DNA of 64,000 bases from assembly GCA_013239625.1 (NCBI GenBank), contig MU053487.1, positions 1,571,058-1,635,057 of the forward strand, read 5' to 3'. Origin of the DNA: Lama guanicoe (lineage: Eukaryota). Positions 51,980 to 64,000 of this stretch are shown piece after piece (positions within the stretch are counted from its first letter, which is position 1; the number at the start of each line of letters is the position of its first letter). Under the pieces are notes generated by a model. The model was given only the letters and a program-made list of their open reading frames with translations, ran no database searches and had not been told where the DNA came from. The position numbers were made by a program, and so were the translations under genes.

Positions 51980-53532
51980 AGAATATAACTAAGAAAATAA
52001 CTCAAAATAATAGTGAGAAAATAATTAAAGAAATTACCATGCTATACTAGAATTAATGCACTTCATGCAAAAGAAGGTAGTAAAGGACAGCTAGAGAAAC
52101 TAAAAAGATAGAAGATGCAAAGAAAACAAACAGTAAAATGGCAGACATATATCCAATATTAATCATAATGTTAAATGTGACCAGATTAAACGCTTCAACC
52201 AAAGGCAGAGATTATCACACTGGATTAAAAAATAGAATCCAACTATTTGAAGTCTACAAGACACACACTTGAGGTTCAGAGGTAGAAATAGTTTGAGAGT
52301 AAATGGATGGGGAAAGATGTGTGATGCAAATAGAAGCCATCAGAAAGTGGGAGTGGCTACAGGAATATCTGAAAAAACAGACTTCACAATAAAATTAAAA
52401 TGTCACTAGAGCTAAAAAGGAGCACTTTATAATGATAGAAGGTTCAATCCTTCAGGAAGATATAACGATTATAAACATGTATGCACCTAGTAACAGAGCC
52501 CCCAAAATACGTGAGGCAAAAACTGATAGAATTGAAGTGAATACAGGCAGTTTAACGGTAATAGTTGGATATTTCACACACTTTTAATAATGGCTAGAAC
52601 GATTTGACAGAAGATGAACAAGGAAATAGAAAACTTGGACACTACTAGAAATCAATCAGACCTAAAAGACACCTTGAGAACACTTCACTCATCAATAGCA
52701 GAAGACACATTTTTCTTAAATGCACATAGAACATTTTCCAGAAGATGTCAAATGCTACAAAACAAACCTCAAAAAATGTAAAAAGATTGAAAACATGCAC
52801 GTAACTTCTCGCACCACAATGAGATTGAGAAATGGGAAATCAGAAATGAAGAGCAGAAACCAAGTTAGCAATTGGAAATGAAATAATACCCTCTGAATAA
52901 CCAATAACTGAAAGAAGAATCAAAGGGAATTAGGGAATACTTTGAGGTGAATGACAATAAAAACACTTTATAACTAAACTTAGGGGATACAGCTGTGCTT
53001 AGAGAAAAACTTGCAGCTCTAAACTCCTATATGAAGAAAAAAAGATCACAACTCAGTAACCTAGCCTTCTACCTGAATATGCTGGATAAAGAGATTACAG
53101 TGCATCTAATGAAAGAAGAAGAAAGGATATGATCAAGATTTGAGTGAGAATTAATGAAATAGAAAAATTAAAAAAAAAATCAAAAGTTGGTTCTTTAAAA
53201 AATTCAACAAAGCTGACAAAACTTCAGCTAGACCAGCCAAGAAAAAAAGAGAGGGCTCAAATTACTGAAATCAAGAATTAAAGAGGGGCATTAATATGGG
53301 CCATATGGAAATAAAAGAGGTCATAAGGAAAGACTATAACAGTTGTATGCCAGCAAATTAGATAGCGCGAGTAAAATGTATGCACTTCTAGAAAGACACA
53401 TGCTACAGAGTCAGTGAGAAATAGAAATCTGAATAGACTTTAAAAAGTGAAGAGATTGATCTGGCGATCGAAAAGATTCTCACAGAGAAAAGCCAAGGAT
53501 CAGGTGGCTCCAACTGTGAATGCTACAAAGCA
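51980..53532 (+). mobile_element. Old L1 (L1MC/MD-like) ORF2 endonuclease to Z-domain remnant
   Basis: ORF2-like ATG 52138; INMYAPSNRA, IVGYF (VGDFN), SHHNE (SDHN), KSWFF and KTSAR (KPLAR) traces; many stops. Confidence 0.9.
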
Positions 53533-53639
53533 GAAAATAATGTACATATTTCATGTGTAAGATATGTATTTTTAAATTTAAAAAAATTATGTTATATAAA
53601 TATATAAGTGTGTACTATATATTCATTATATATATATTT

Positions 53640-54275
53640 GTTTAATTAAGTTATGCTTGACAAAATTGTAATATATTTAAAATGCACAACATGACTCAGT
53701 GTAGGTATGCACTATAAAAGGATTCCCACAATCAAGTTAATAAACACAGCCATCATTTCACATATTTACCTTTTATGTTTTTTTTTTTTTTGGTGAGAAC
53801 ACTTACGTTCTACTCTGAGCAAATTTCCGTTATACATTATAGAGTTATCAACTATAGTCACCATGTTAGACATTATGTCCTCAGGGTTTACATATCTTTG
53901 AGCTGAATTGAACGTTCGTACCCTTTTACCAACCTCTCCCCATTGCTTCCAACTCTTAGCCCCTGGCAGCTACCGTTCTACTCTCTGTTTCTATGAATTA
54001 GACTTCTGTCTTTATATATTTATATATTCTTAGATTACACGAGGAAGTGATACCATGTAGTATTTTATCTTTCTCTCTTTGGCCTAGTTCACTTAGGATA
54101 ATGCTTTCCAGTTTCTCCCATGTCTCTACAAATGGCAGGATTTCTATCTTTTTAAAAGCTAAATTGCATTGCATAAATATATATTTCTTCTTTAACCATT
54201 TTCATTAACCATTCCTCTGTCAAAAGATTCTTAATTTGTTCCCATGTCTTGGTAATTGTGAATAATAACCTGGCA
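53640..54275 (-). mobile_element. L1MA9-like 3' end
   Basis: CACAATCAAGTTAATAAACAC, AACTATAGTCACCATGTT, TTCTACTCTCTGTTTCTATGA, AAATGGCAGGATTTC. Confidence 0.88.
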
Positions 54276-55234
54276 AAATTATGAATTATTTTGTAATTTG
54301 TAGGTAAAAATAAGTTTTTTATTTTATTTATCAATCCAGCAATATTTGGCAAAAATGTAATGGCAGTTAATTTACTCTGTTTGGGTCACTTTTGAATTAA
54401 ATTAAAAGTTTTTTACACATAATATTTGATTTTTATGCACAGTAAGTCAGAACTTGCTTGGTGGTGAAAATCATCACCACAGAAGCAACACTAATGCTGC
54501 ACACTTACTGACTTGATTATAAGTCTTAGTATTATGTTTTTAATAAGGTATTAAACTTTGAGGCATTTGTAACAAAGAACTGTAAGACTTCAAGAACTCC
54601 ATTTCTCTTTTACACCCAGAGTGATCTTTAGTGTAAAACTGCATAATTGTTAAGACCTCAGAATTCTCTGCTGCATTTTAGTATAGGATCTGTCATTAGA
54701 TTGTGTATCTCTATCTAAAACACTAGTAGAAAAATCAGAATTGGTTTACACTAGTATGCTACCTAAGTAGCCAAAATGAAAGTTAGGCAATATTCTGTTA
54801 AGTTAGGAATCATGTAATTTTATTTGAACCAAAGGATTAATGGTATTGCAGGTGGGACTTAAAAACATCAGTCATTGCTTTGGGTATGTATGTATGTGTG
54901 TGTGTGTGTGTATTTAATTTAAAAAAAAAAAGTGGCATCAGAAGACTTGCTGGGAAAATGGGAGTGGTTGGTCCACAACACAACCTCTGTCTTTCCCTAG
55001 TTAGCAAGGATGAGTTTCTTAGTGGAGCGTATTTATCACACTGAGTGTTTACTCGAGGGCCAGAGCTCATGTGTTAGAGAAAGTTAGCTTTGCTCAAATA
55101 TTTGAGCCCAGTCAATACAGGAGGAAGGAAGCAGAGTGGAAAGGCCCTGGGAACCGTGGCATCATGAAAAGGGTGACGGCTCTAATATGCTGGGCCCCAG
55201 ACTGTGCGAGTACAGCAGTAACCAAAGCAAAGTA

Positions 55235-55430
55235 CACTGGTAGTTATTGGGAGTTTACTTTATGTCAGGCACTGTGCTGAGAACTTTATACACAGTAACA
55301 CCAAGGAGATATATTCTCCCATTCTGCAGATGGGAAAGCAGATGAAGTAGCACATATAACTTACTCAAGGTCACAGCTAGCCAGGATTCTATTGCATGTA
55401 CGCTGACTCAAGTGTAGGTGCTTTAACGCT
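55235..55430 (-). mobile_element. MIR SINE
   Basis: TATGTCAGGCACTGTGCTGAG, CCCATTCTGCAGATGGGAAA, AACTTACTCAAGGTCACAGCTAG. Confidence 0.8.
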
Positions 55431-56229
55431 ACCCTTCACTCAGAAGTGGGAGACTCGCGTGCTCACTGGGGCTGGGAGGTGATGCAGGTGAGTGAGGTGA
55501 GGTGTGCGGGAAAGCCCCAGGAGTGATGGAGCAAATGTGCAAATGAAGAAGAGACCATCTCTCGCATGTCCCTTATTAAATAAAGGCTTTATTTTAATTT
55601 GCTCTGTTTCGTTCTTTTCCCCTTTATGTTTACTAGCCAAAGATAGATTCAGCATCCAATTTGCCAGTTGACAGCCTCCCAAAGAGGGGTTGAAGTTCAA
55701 GGGCAACGTGCAAGTCAGACCCAGAACACCAGTCTTTCTATTTTTTTCTTCTGAGAAATAAGTGGATAATCTCCAATTAACACCTGCATCAACTACGAAC
55801 AAAGAAGTGGGTGAAACTCCCAGAGCTTGCCCTTTCTCTCTGTATTCTGTTCACACTTTCTATTTCCAGATGCCCCTGGCATCAAACAAACAACATTTAA
55901 GAGTCTACTTTAATTGGCAGAATGTCAGCCCTCCAAGCCCAAGATTAGGACTGTAGATTTCAAAAACATAGAGGCGATCCTCTCTGTTTCCCCCTTCACC
56001 CTACCATGAGCCTGTGAAGTAGCTCGTCCCTCCTCAGTCCCCATCGTGTGGCACAGAATGGGCAGGGTGGGAGGCGCTCCAGGGACTGCTTTTCCTCAAA
56101 ATACGACACAATCAGCTGAAACATTCTGTTTCCCCAGACTGTGCCCTGTACTTAACTTTCTTAAGAAACTCTGTGCTCACTCTTCCCCCTGTTGACTTGT
56201 CCTTCTCACAGGAGGGAAAGAAACCAAAA

Positions 56230-56420
56230 CTTTGTAGCCAGATGGACCTGGGTTTGACTCTTGACTCTCCTTTTAAAGGCTACTTGTGTGCAGGTTATTC
56301 CATTTATGAGAACTCTGGCTTCTTAACTGTAAAATGAATAGTACCTGTTCAAGATTGTTGTAAAGGCTAAACGAGTTCAAGCCTGTACACGGCAGTTGTT
56401 CAGTAAATAGTTCTTGTTAT
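56230..56420 (+). mobile_element. MIR SINE
   Basis: GACCTGGGTTTGACTC, CTGTAAAATG, AAGATTGTTGTAAAG. Confidence 0.7.
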
Positions 56421-56799
56421 GATTTGCTCCACTTTTCAACCTACCCAACCTTGGGCACCCAACTCTACTGCTATTTCCCCCATCAAATCTTAAATTCTCC
56501 CAATAGACAGAAACTTCCTTTGTTTCTCCTGTGTCTAAAGTCCCATATTTTTCCTTTTTATGACACGTCTTTCAATAGGTAAAACAATTATATAATTTCA
56601 ATATAATAAAATAGGTGTACGATTTCTTTTTTCTATTTTACGTTATGATGTTGTAAAGGTAAAAGCCGTATCTTATTCACCATTTATACCTGCTGTTGTT
56701 CAGTGTAGTATCTTGCTGATAGAAATGCCTCAAAAACATTTATGGAATAAATTCAACACTCTTTCAAGCCTTTCATCAAAGCACACCTTACAAACATTA

Positions 56800-57230
56800 A
56801 ATTGCATAATTATAATTGTACAGAATGATGACAAGATGCAAAATGAACCCATCCATGTAAACCACCACTAAGGTTTAATAACAGAGATTACTAGCACATC
56901 ACTGTCACTCTGAAAGCCACCTCTTGAAACTTGCCAATCATAGCTGCCACCTCCCATACCGATGACCACTATCCCAGTGTTTAACACCCTATGGTATTTT
57001 AGTTTGGTCTGTGTTTTTAAGATGTGTATCTGTTTATGTGTAATCTGTATGCATAGATGAGAGTGTTTACAATTTTTTCTGATCAGCAGTACTGTTGATA
57101 TTAGTACATGTCACTCTGTGTAACAGAAACTCCTTCACTGTAATTGACAGTAGCATTTTATCCTATGACTATTCAGCAGTTTATCCATTCTCATGTCAAA
57201 GGAATGTCTGATTATTTCTTATGTTTGGGA
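56800..57230 (-). mobile_element. Ancient L1 3' fragment
   Basis: ATCCATGTAAACCACCAC, TGACCACTATCC, AGTTTATCCATTCTC. Confidence 0.6.
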
Positions 57231-57234
57231 ATTT

Positions 57235-57745
57235 AAAAGTACATTTCTGAGTAACCCATGGGAAAAAGAAGGTATCACAATGGAACTTAGATGCCATTAA
57301 AGCCATGCTTAGAGTGAAATTCATAGCCCAAGATGCATATATTAGAAAAGAAGACTGCTTAAACATAAATAATAAACAATATTTATACTAAGAATTTTTT
57401 TAAAAACACATTTAATTTTAGGAAAGTAGAGAAGATAGAGAAAGAAAATAGTAAAAGTAAGCTTAGAATATAAAGAAATAGAAAAAAACACATCAGAAGG
57501 CATTGACAAAGTCAAAAGGACAATTCCTTGAAAGACTATTAAATTGACAAGTCTTGGTAAGAATATTCAAGGAGCAATAAGAGAAGGCTCAGTAACAAAT
57601 CTAAATAAGGAAAAAAAGGAACATAACTAGAGATTGTACCTTTATTTAAAAAAGATAATAATATAATATTCTGAACAACTTTATGGACAAATTATAGAAA
57701 AACATAAATAATGACAAAAACTTTTTAAATGTGAACTTACTTAAA
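57235..57745 (+). mobile_element. Ancient L1 ORF2 remnant
   Basis: GCTTAGAGTGAAATTCATAGC...TATATTAGAAAAGAAG, TTGAAAGACTATTAAATTGACAA. Confidence 0.7.
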
Positions 57746-59844
57746 ATTTCTATGAAGTAGTCAGGAGGGGATAAGAAAGTGAAAAAAAAATTGCCCTTGG
57801 TTTGAAGGAGCCTACAATCTCATAGTTTAACTGACAGACACACAAATTTATAAGTGGTAGAATTTAATAGAGAATTGGAGCCATACAGACATTATACTGT
57901 GAACACTTCTGAGTTCCCATAAAGTTTTTTTCCAGAGCTAAGTGAAATATTTTTTAAGTTGATAGCATCCAAAAACTGACAAAATAGGATACTGCCCCCA
58001 CCAAAATTGAAGGGAAAATGGAAACTGAAAGGTGAAGAATTTAACTTTTCTTTGAAGCTGTTTACTGATCCTGAAAATTTTAACTTTCCTTTTAACACCA
58101 TCCCCCGAGAAACAGAAAAGGAACTAATGATCCGTCCTCACACAATGTGGGAAACACAGTCCTACAATTATCTCATTCCCTAAAGTACTACATCCTTGGG
58201 ATAAGACCGAATCAGGTTATCTTGGGCATCTTTATAGCCTAGTTTCATATAGACTGGGCAGTCCAAGGAGCCTCATGACTTGGATTTAAGGTGGTTTAAG
58301 ATAAATAGTGCCTTCAAGTACTTGGGGAAAGCAAGTACAGATCCTCTGTAGAGGATCACACCTTTATTCATAACATGATACCATCTCTAAAAATAATTGT
58401 ACAAGTATAATGAAGATGCCTCGTTGAAGGCAGCCACAAGAACCCAGGCAACAGAAACAGACCCCAAAGTCTTGAGATACTGGAGCTATCATAATCCTTT
58501 TAATAAAGAGAAAAGAAGCTAAAATCATCCACGTGTAACAAGAAACAATAAAAAGTAATAGATGCTGTCTTACGACTAATTATTCAGAAGAGAAAGAGAG
58601 AAAATTCAGCTGGGAGAATGACATTGGCTTCCTGAATGTGGCAGGGTTTTAAGTTGACCTCGGAGGATTCTTTTTTTTTAAAGGCAAAGAGTTAAAAATG
58701 CCATTCAGATTGGAGAAATCTCCTGAGTAAAGACATGGGAGCCTAACAACAGTAGTTACCTTTTACAAGTAGACACTACTCCAGTTTGGTGATCAGGATA
58801 TATGCAAAGGAGGGCTGGAAATAAGACTGGTGTTGGAATTTAGAGTCTACAGTGACTGACTGGACATGATTGTCATGACCACTTTTCCCACTCTTACCCT
58901 TAACCACTTTGCTGACCAAAAACTAAATGCAGTTTATCATCTAGCTTCGCCATCTAGAGGACACTTAACCCAATTATCACAGGTGACCAAAGGATGATCT
59001 TGAATAATCTAGAAAGAGGAAGAAAGCAAAACTCAAATTACTGCAAACAACAACAGCAAAAACTAAGAAAAGCACTGGATCATGAACCATCTTAAAGTTT
59101 ATCTAAAAACCATTGTAGGTGCTGACAAAAGACAACTGTCAGGAAGCTAAATTCTTCAACATGTTCATGTTATGGACAAAGGAACAAATCATAATTCAGG
59201 GTTTGAAGGGATAACACATACCTAGATGTCTAGGTAGACAGATATGGCTATTTGCTATTCTGGATGTAACTGCCTGGTTAGGACATGAAAATGTACTAAG
59301 ATCAAGCAGTGTTTTCGATATATCTTTGCAATTTCAATGTTACAGAGGTGATGAATAACAATGATTGTATACTTAGAATCAAAGACTGTGAATGGAAGTT
59401 GTCTTCAATGGAAGAATAAAAACAACTTGGAAAAGACAGATAAAAATATGTCCTTGTCAGCACTGAGAATTTAGACAAATTTCTGGAAAATAACAAGAGG
59501 ATAAAAACAGATGGATGGATAAACTTGAGCAGGAAGAAATAGCCAATAGTGGTCTTGGGGAGTGGCTGAGAGAGATGAGAAATGCTCTTTGAACAGGAAG
59601 ATTCAAAACTGGAGAGGTGAAGTTCAGACAGTCTGAAAAGATAAAACCCAAAATTGTTCATTTAAAAACTATGGAACAGTTTTATCAGTCACCACATCTC
59701 TGTTTCCCAGTCCTTCTGTATAAAGAGTTATGGATACAGCTCATTCAACCTGCAGAGTGAAATGGAAGGGATCCCCTCAGAAGAGATAAGATCATCTTCC
59801 TGAGGGAAATGAGAGTGCTCAGTGGAAGTGTGGACAACCTGCTC

Positions 59845-60130
59845 TGGAAGAAATACTCCCAAATTCTAGTGACTTAAAATGGTGATTTACTGTTTATGAT
59901 TTCCCTTGAATCTGTGCATGGAATTAGGGTAGGGCTCAACTGGTTGGTTCTCCAGCATCTGAATCAGCTGGGATTTGCTGGCCCCGCCAGCAGCTAGGCT
60001 GAGCTGGAAGCCTTCACCACGTGCCTAGTGCTCCTCCATGTTGGGTCTTTCTCTCTCTCCTTTGTCTGTCATCTTCCAGTGCTCTTCCCTGAGATGCTCT
60101 GCAGCATGGAGGCTGAATTCCCAGAGAGAG
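59845..60130 (-). mobile_element. MLT1H/J-like MaLR fragment
   Basis: CCCAAATTCTAGTGACTTAAAA, GGGCTCAACTGG, TGCTCCTCCATGT. Confidence 0.6.
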
Positions 60131-61667
60131 TCTTTCTCACTGACAAGCCCTGAACCAACTGTGAGGACAAAATGAAGATTTAACTCAAATACAGACTCAG
60201 ACGTTGAATTTCCATTAACTTTCTTGGGGGAAAAAAAATGAACCCCAGCAAAATAAAACAAAGTAAAATGAAGAAGAAAGAGAGGGAGGAGGGAATGTGA
60301 CAGATTCAACTCAGGGATCCAGTGGAACAACTCAAAAGGGCAGTGAAAAGAAATCCCAGGTTAGGTTACGGTGTTGATCAACTGCGATGGTTATGTTTAC
60401 TCTTAGGGAGTAAAACTGGGCCAGGAGGGAAGGGAGGCAAACCTTTCATTCTCATTTAACAATATCACTACAGATCAAATTAGAACCTCATGTTTATATT
60501 ACTTTACAGAGCAAATAAAGCTCAAAAAACTTACAAATAGCTTTTTTTCCCCCAAATACCTTTTTAAATACCAAATATAAAATCTGTTTTAAGGTTCTTA
60601 AGCTTTTGAGAGTCCTCATGTTCTTCTCACTTACACTTTTAGGTTGGTCTTTGATACTATTTGATATTGTTTGAGATTTTCATTGTTTCCCAGGTTGTGA
60701 CAGAATGTAGGTTTCATTTTTGTCACTTCCTCTGTCTCTTTTGGTCTTTACATTCCCCACTCCCCCTTTGGCCTTCCTACCACTTAGCATTTCTTTGATT
60801 ACATACAAAATTGCTGACTGGACGACATTGCCCAAGACTGTCCTGTGCTACCTTTCTGACTGTGCACTCATTAAGAAAACTAGGCTTCACAAAAAGTACA
60901 GCTTTATTCAAAACAGGAATGTGGGCGATCAACAAAGCTGTTCATTTACAACCATAGTAGATGGTTCACATTGAAGAGGAAAATGAAAAGAGGGAGGGAA
61001 GGAGGAAAGAAGAGCGGACGGACATAAGAGAGAGAGAATCGGCATTGGAACACGTATTTGTACCACTGGTTGTATAGAGCGTCTTCTGATAAGATAGCCT
61101 TTCTCTAGGGAACAATCTGCGTTTTGTGGACATTATTTAATTAAACTTGATGGCATTCACCAAGCTGAGGACAGTAAGAAATTTTGTGATAGGACAGAAT
61201 TGTTTTTCACTGAATGATAGCAAGGCTTTCCATCATATTCTCCTTACTCTCTAGCTTTGGGTCTGCTCTTATACATTGTATAATTAAAAACCTTCACCTT
61301 GCAACCTTGCAGCCCTACAGACCAAGCTAGGAATGTCTCTAGGACTTTATAGAAGAATTAAGCATGAAGATGTTTTTATTTATATGTGTGCCATGTGTAT
61401 GTGATGATGGTGAGGCTCTCCTTGCCTTTTACAATAAGCTTGAGGTTATTTTTTAAATTGGAATAAAACATGAACTATGTAGTCAAGTCAAATCTATCTG
61501 ACTCCTGTACTTACTAGGTTTTCCTAGTCACAGGGGAAGAGTGACTACCTCACAATTAGGGAAAATTTAGTTTAATACACAGTGTCGAAACATGCTGTCA
61601 GTATACTGATGCAGATTAGAAACTCCTATTAAATATCTGAGTGGCACATCCCAAAACCCATGCCCTT

Positions 61668-62379
61668 TGTATTAGTTGGTTACTGCCGTGTCATAAGCCA
61701 CCTTCATGCCTAGTGGCATAGAACAACCACCATTTCTTCAGCTCATGATTCTGTGTGTTGAAAGTTTAGCCTCAACTCAGCTGGGCTTCCTCTGGAATAT
61801 GTTGCTTAGCCGCAGTTCAGACAGATAGCTCTGCCGCTGAGAGTTGACCAGCTACTGACTGAGGGGAGAGGGAGGCAACAGAGCCACGTGTCTATGCCCA
61901 TTCTCCAGGAGCCTCCCTGTGCTGGTTCTCAGAGTGGCTGGGCAGACATCTAAGAAAGTCAACAATAAGAATGGAAAGCTTATTTTTTTATGGCCTAGAC
62001 TTGAAATGGCCACTTACTCGTATTTGCTGCAGTTTACTAGCCAAAGAAAGTCACAACCCGTCCAGATTCAAGAAGTTCACCTCTTTTGGGAGTATAGGAG
62101 GAAATCATAAAAGTACTCAATTTATTCATAATAAATTTAAAAATTTTTTTAAAGAATGGGATAAATAGAAAACTAATATTAAAGTGGTAGATTTCAACCC
62201 AACCACATTGAAAGTTGCATTAAACATAAATGATCTAAATATTCATTTGATTATCATACTGGGGAAAAGCAAGACCTAAGAAGTTCACCTCTTGTTGGGA
62301 AGAAGAGCAAAGCCATATTACAAACCATCTTTGACACAAGGAGTCAAATATTTGCAGCTATTTTTGCACATTATCCACA
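61668..62379 (-). mobile_element. MLT1F/G-like MaLR LTR with an internal insert
   Basis: TGTATTAGTTGGTTACTGC...GCTCATGATTCTGTG...GCCAAAGAAAGTCACA; resumes after 62278 and ends TATCCACA. Confidence 0.8.
62092..62277 (+). mobile_element. Internal L1 fragment (ORF2 start region) flanked by direct repeats
   Basis: AAATAGAAAACTAATATTAAAGTGGTAGATTTCAACCCAAC aligns with 29290-29330; flanks AAGAAGTTCACCTCTT at 62070-62085 and 62278-62293. Confidence 0.75.
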
Positions 62380-62619
62380 TTATTCTCTTTATTACTGTTG
62401 TCTGATACTGCCTTTAGGGTCCTTCACGAGTAAAATACAAGACAAATCACACATTAATTTTGAATATCAGGGTCTCCTCAGAAATGATAAGATGCTTTAA
62501 CATTAAAAACCTATTTTTAGAATTCAGTGCATTAACCAGACAAAGAATAAAGTTTAATATCTAATTAAAATTTTCTGTACTTAGAAAGTTTCTTTTGTCA
62601 TCACAACAATCCCTTGTAC

Positions 62620-62820
62620 AATACTGAGTACTTTATAATGATTAACTTATTTAAATAGTAATAAAAATACTGGGACAGAAATGCTATAAATACTCCTAAT
62701 TTGCAGATAAGGAAACTGAATCCTAAACAGTATAAGGAACTGTTCGGCATCACACAGTTAGAGATTAGCAGTAGAGGGAATAAAGCCCTGCTTACAAGTT
62801 TAAATCCCTTGTAACTTGAA
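62620..62820 (-). mobile_element. MIR SINE
   Basis: Core CCTAATTTGCAGATAAGGAAACTGA. Confidence 0.7.
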
Positions 62821-63253
62821 AACACAAACCCCTCCATGACGGTGGGCACCACTCCAGTAGAAAGGTTTCTCTGTATTTTCCCAATTACCCTCTCCCTGCT
62901 CAGTTGATGATCTTTAATTTTCTGGGGAAGATGACTGAGGCCCACTTTGCAGGGTGCTGTCTAGAACAGAGGTGTGGCGTGCATGTCCTCAGAAAGCTAA
63001 CAGACTTTGAAGCCTTAAACTTGGGAACCAAAACCATTGAAAAATTTAGAAAAGGTTAAGAGTGAAACTTGTGCTTTGGGTTTCAGAGGAGATGAGATCG
63101 TACAGTGGATCCAGGAAGCAAGAAAGTTTGGTTCTAAAACATTTCATGTATACTTGCACTGGTTGGAGATAGGGAAGCTAACATGTCTGTCTTTGAGGAG
63201 GTAAATATCTGATGAGTTCGTCCACTGGTCCAGCATACTTCAGTGCCTTTTGT

Positions 63254-63453
63254 TTTGATTATATCGCTAGTCTGCCCCTCCTACCTGTCTCACTGTGGTC
63301 CTTTTTCTGTGTCTTTGGATGTAGAAGATCTTTTCTGGTAGGTCTTTGTCTTTTTCATAGATGATATTGTTCTGCAGATGGTTGTGGTTCTGGTGTGCCC
63401 ACGAGAGGAGGTGAGCTCAGAGTCTTTCTGTGCTGCCATCTTGGTTAATACCC
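63254..63453 (-). mobile_element. TSD-flanked, tailless L1 5'-terminal fragment (~200 bp)
   Basis: Homologous to 21093-21285; flanked by CAGTGCCTTTTG at 63241-63252 and 63454-63465; YY1-type AAGATGGC at 63442-63435. Confidence 0.88.
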
Positions 63454-64000
63454 CAGTGCCTTTTGCTTTTATTAGAGCACAGCCTCACTGAGTAACTGAA
63501 TCAGAATTAGCAACCTTGATTTGGAGCCAAGAGAATTTATGAGGATTGGAAGAATGAGAACATAGAAGGAATAAATAAAGTATCCATTAATTTACTTATT
63601 TATTCATCAACCAAAAAGATCGCTAAATTCCAGACAGCCCTCAGTCTGATGGTAGAGAAAGAAAGATTTAAGTGAAAATGTTTATGTACCAGATTATTAT
63701 TTGGGTAAGACATAGGTTAATTCCTGAGATGAGAAAGACAGCCTAACCCATAGAAGAAATTATTTTTACTATTGTTATTTTAACTTACTATTCACATTAG
63801 ATGCTGAGAAGACTCAGGTTTATGAATCATTAATTCTTCCCTGAGTGGACATGTGGTTCCCCTCATGAGGCAGCATGTGAGCAAGATCTTAAAAAGAATG
63901 AATAGGGAAAGACTCTAGGCTGCCTTCTCTGGGTACTGATGTTGTGTTGTGAGATGTTATTATGTACCAACCATTGCTAGGGCTCTGCCTTGTGTAACAA

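Noticed and set aside
1..64000. Repeat strand bias as proof of lying inside a plus-strand gene
   Set aside because: LTRs lean to the minus strand (about 11 versus 6 by my count), but long old L1 remnants are mostly on the plus strand. The signal is inconsistent.
1..64000. CRISPR array, operon or other prokaryote-type system
   Set aside because: The DNA is clearly mammalian, with no regularly spaced repeat-spacer array and no gene-dense region.

Overview
Mammalian genomic DNA, AT-rich and repeat-dominated, so intergenic or deep intronic. I cannot recognise any host protein-coding exon, tRNA, rRNA or CRISPR array. The supplied ORFs look like chance frames in repeats or low-complexity sequence. 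The only coding frame I can support is the N-terminus of a relatively young LINE-1 ORF1 at the left edge (207->1, minus strand), preceded by its GC/CpG-rich 5'UTR. The L1 3'UTR type and the absence of recognisable Alu, PRE-1, Bov-tA, CHR-2 or Can-SINE copies suggest a cetartiodactyl, most plausibly a camelid (inference from memory, not a search). Main content: (i) a dense cluster of about nine LTR elements at 2.3-10.8 kb, several with intact TSDs and nested insertions; (ii) many old L1, L2, MIR and MaLR remnants. Best second-look items: two TSD-flanked, poly(A)-less L1-derived inserts at 62.1 and 63.3 kb; an ORF0-like antisense ORF with splice donors in the L1 5'UTR; and MER41-like LTRs whose GAS site has STAT6-type spacing, one overlapping a perfect NF-kB palindrome. 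I found no clearly new gene system. Repeat family names are by-eye assignments, and boundaries without a TSD are approximate.
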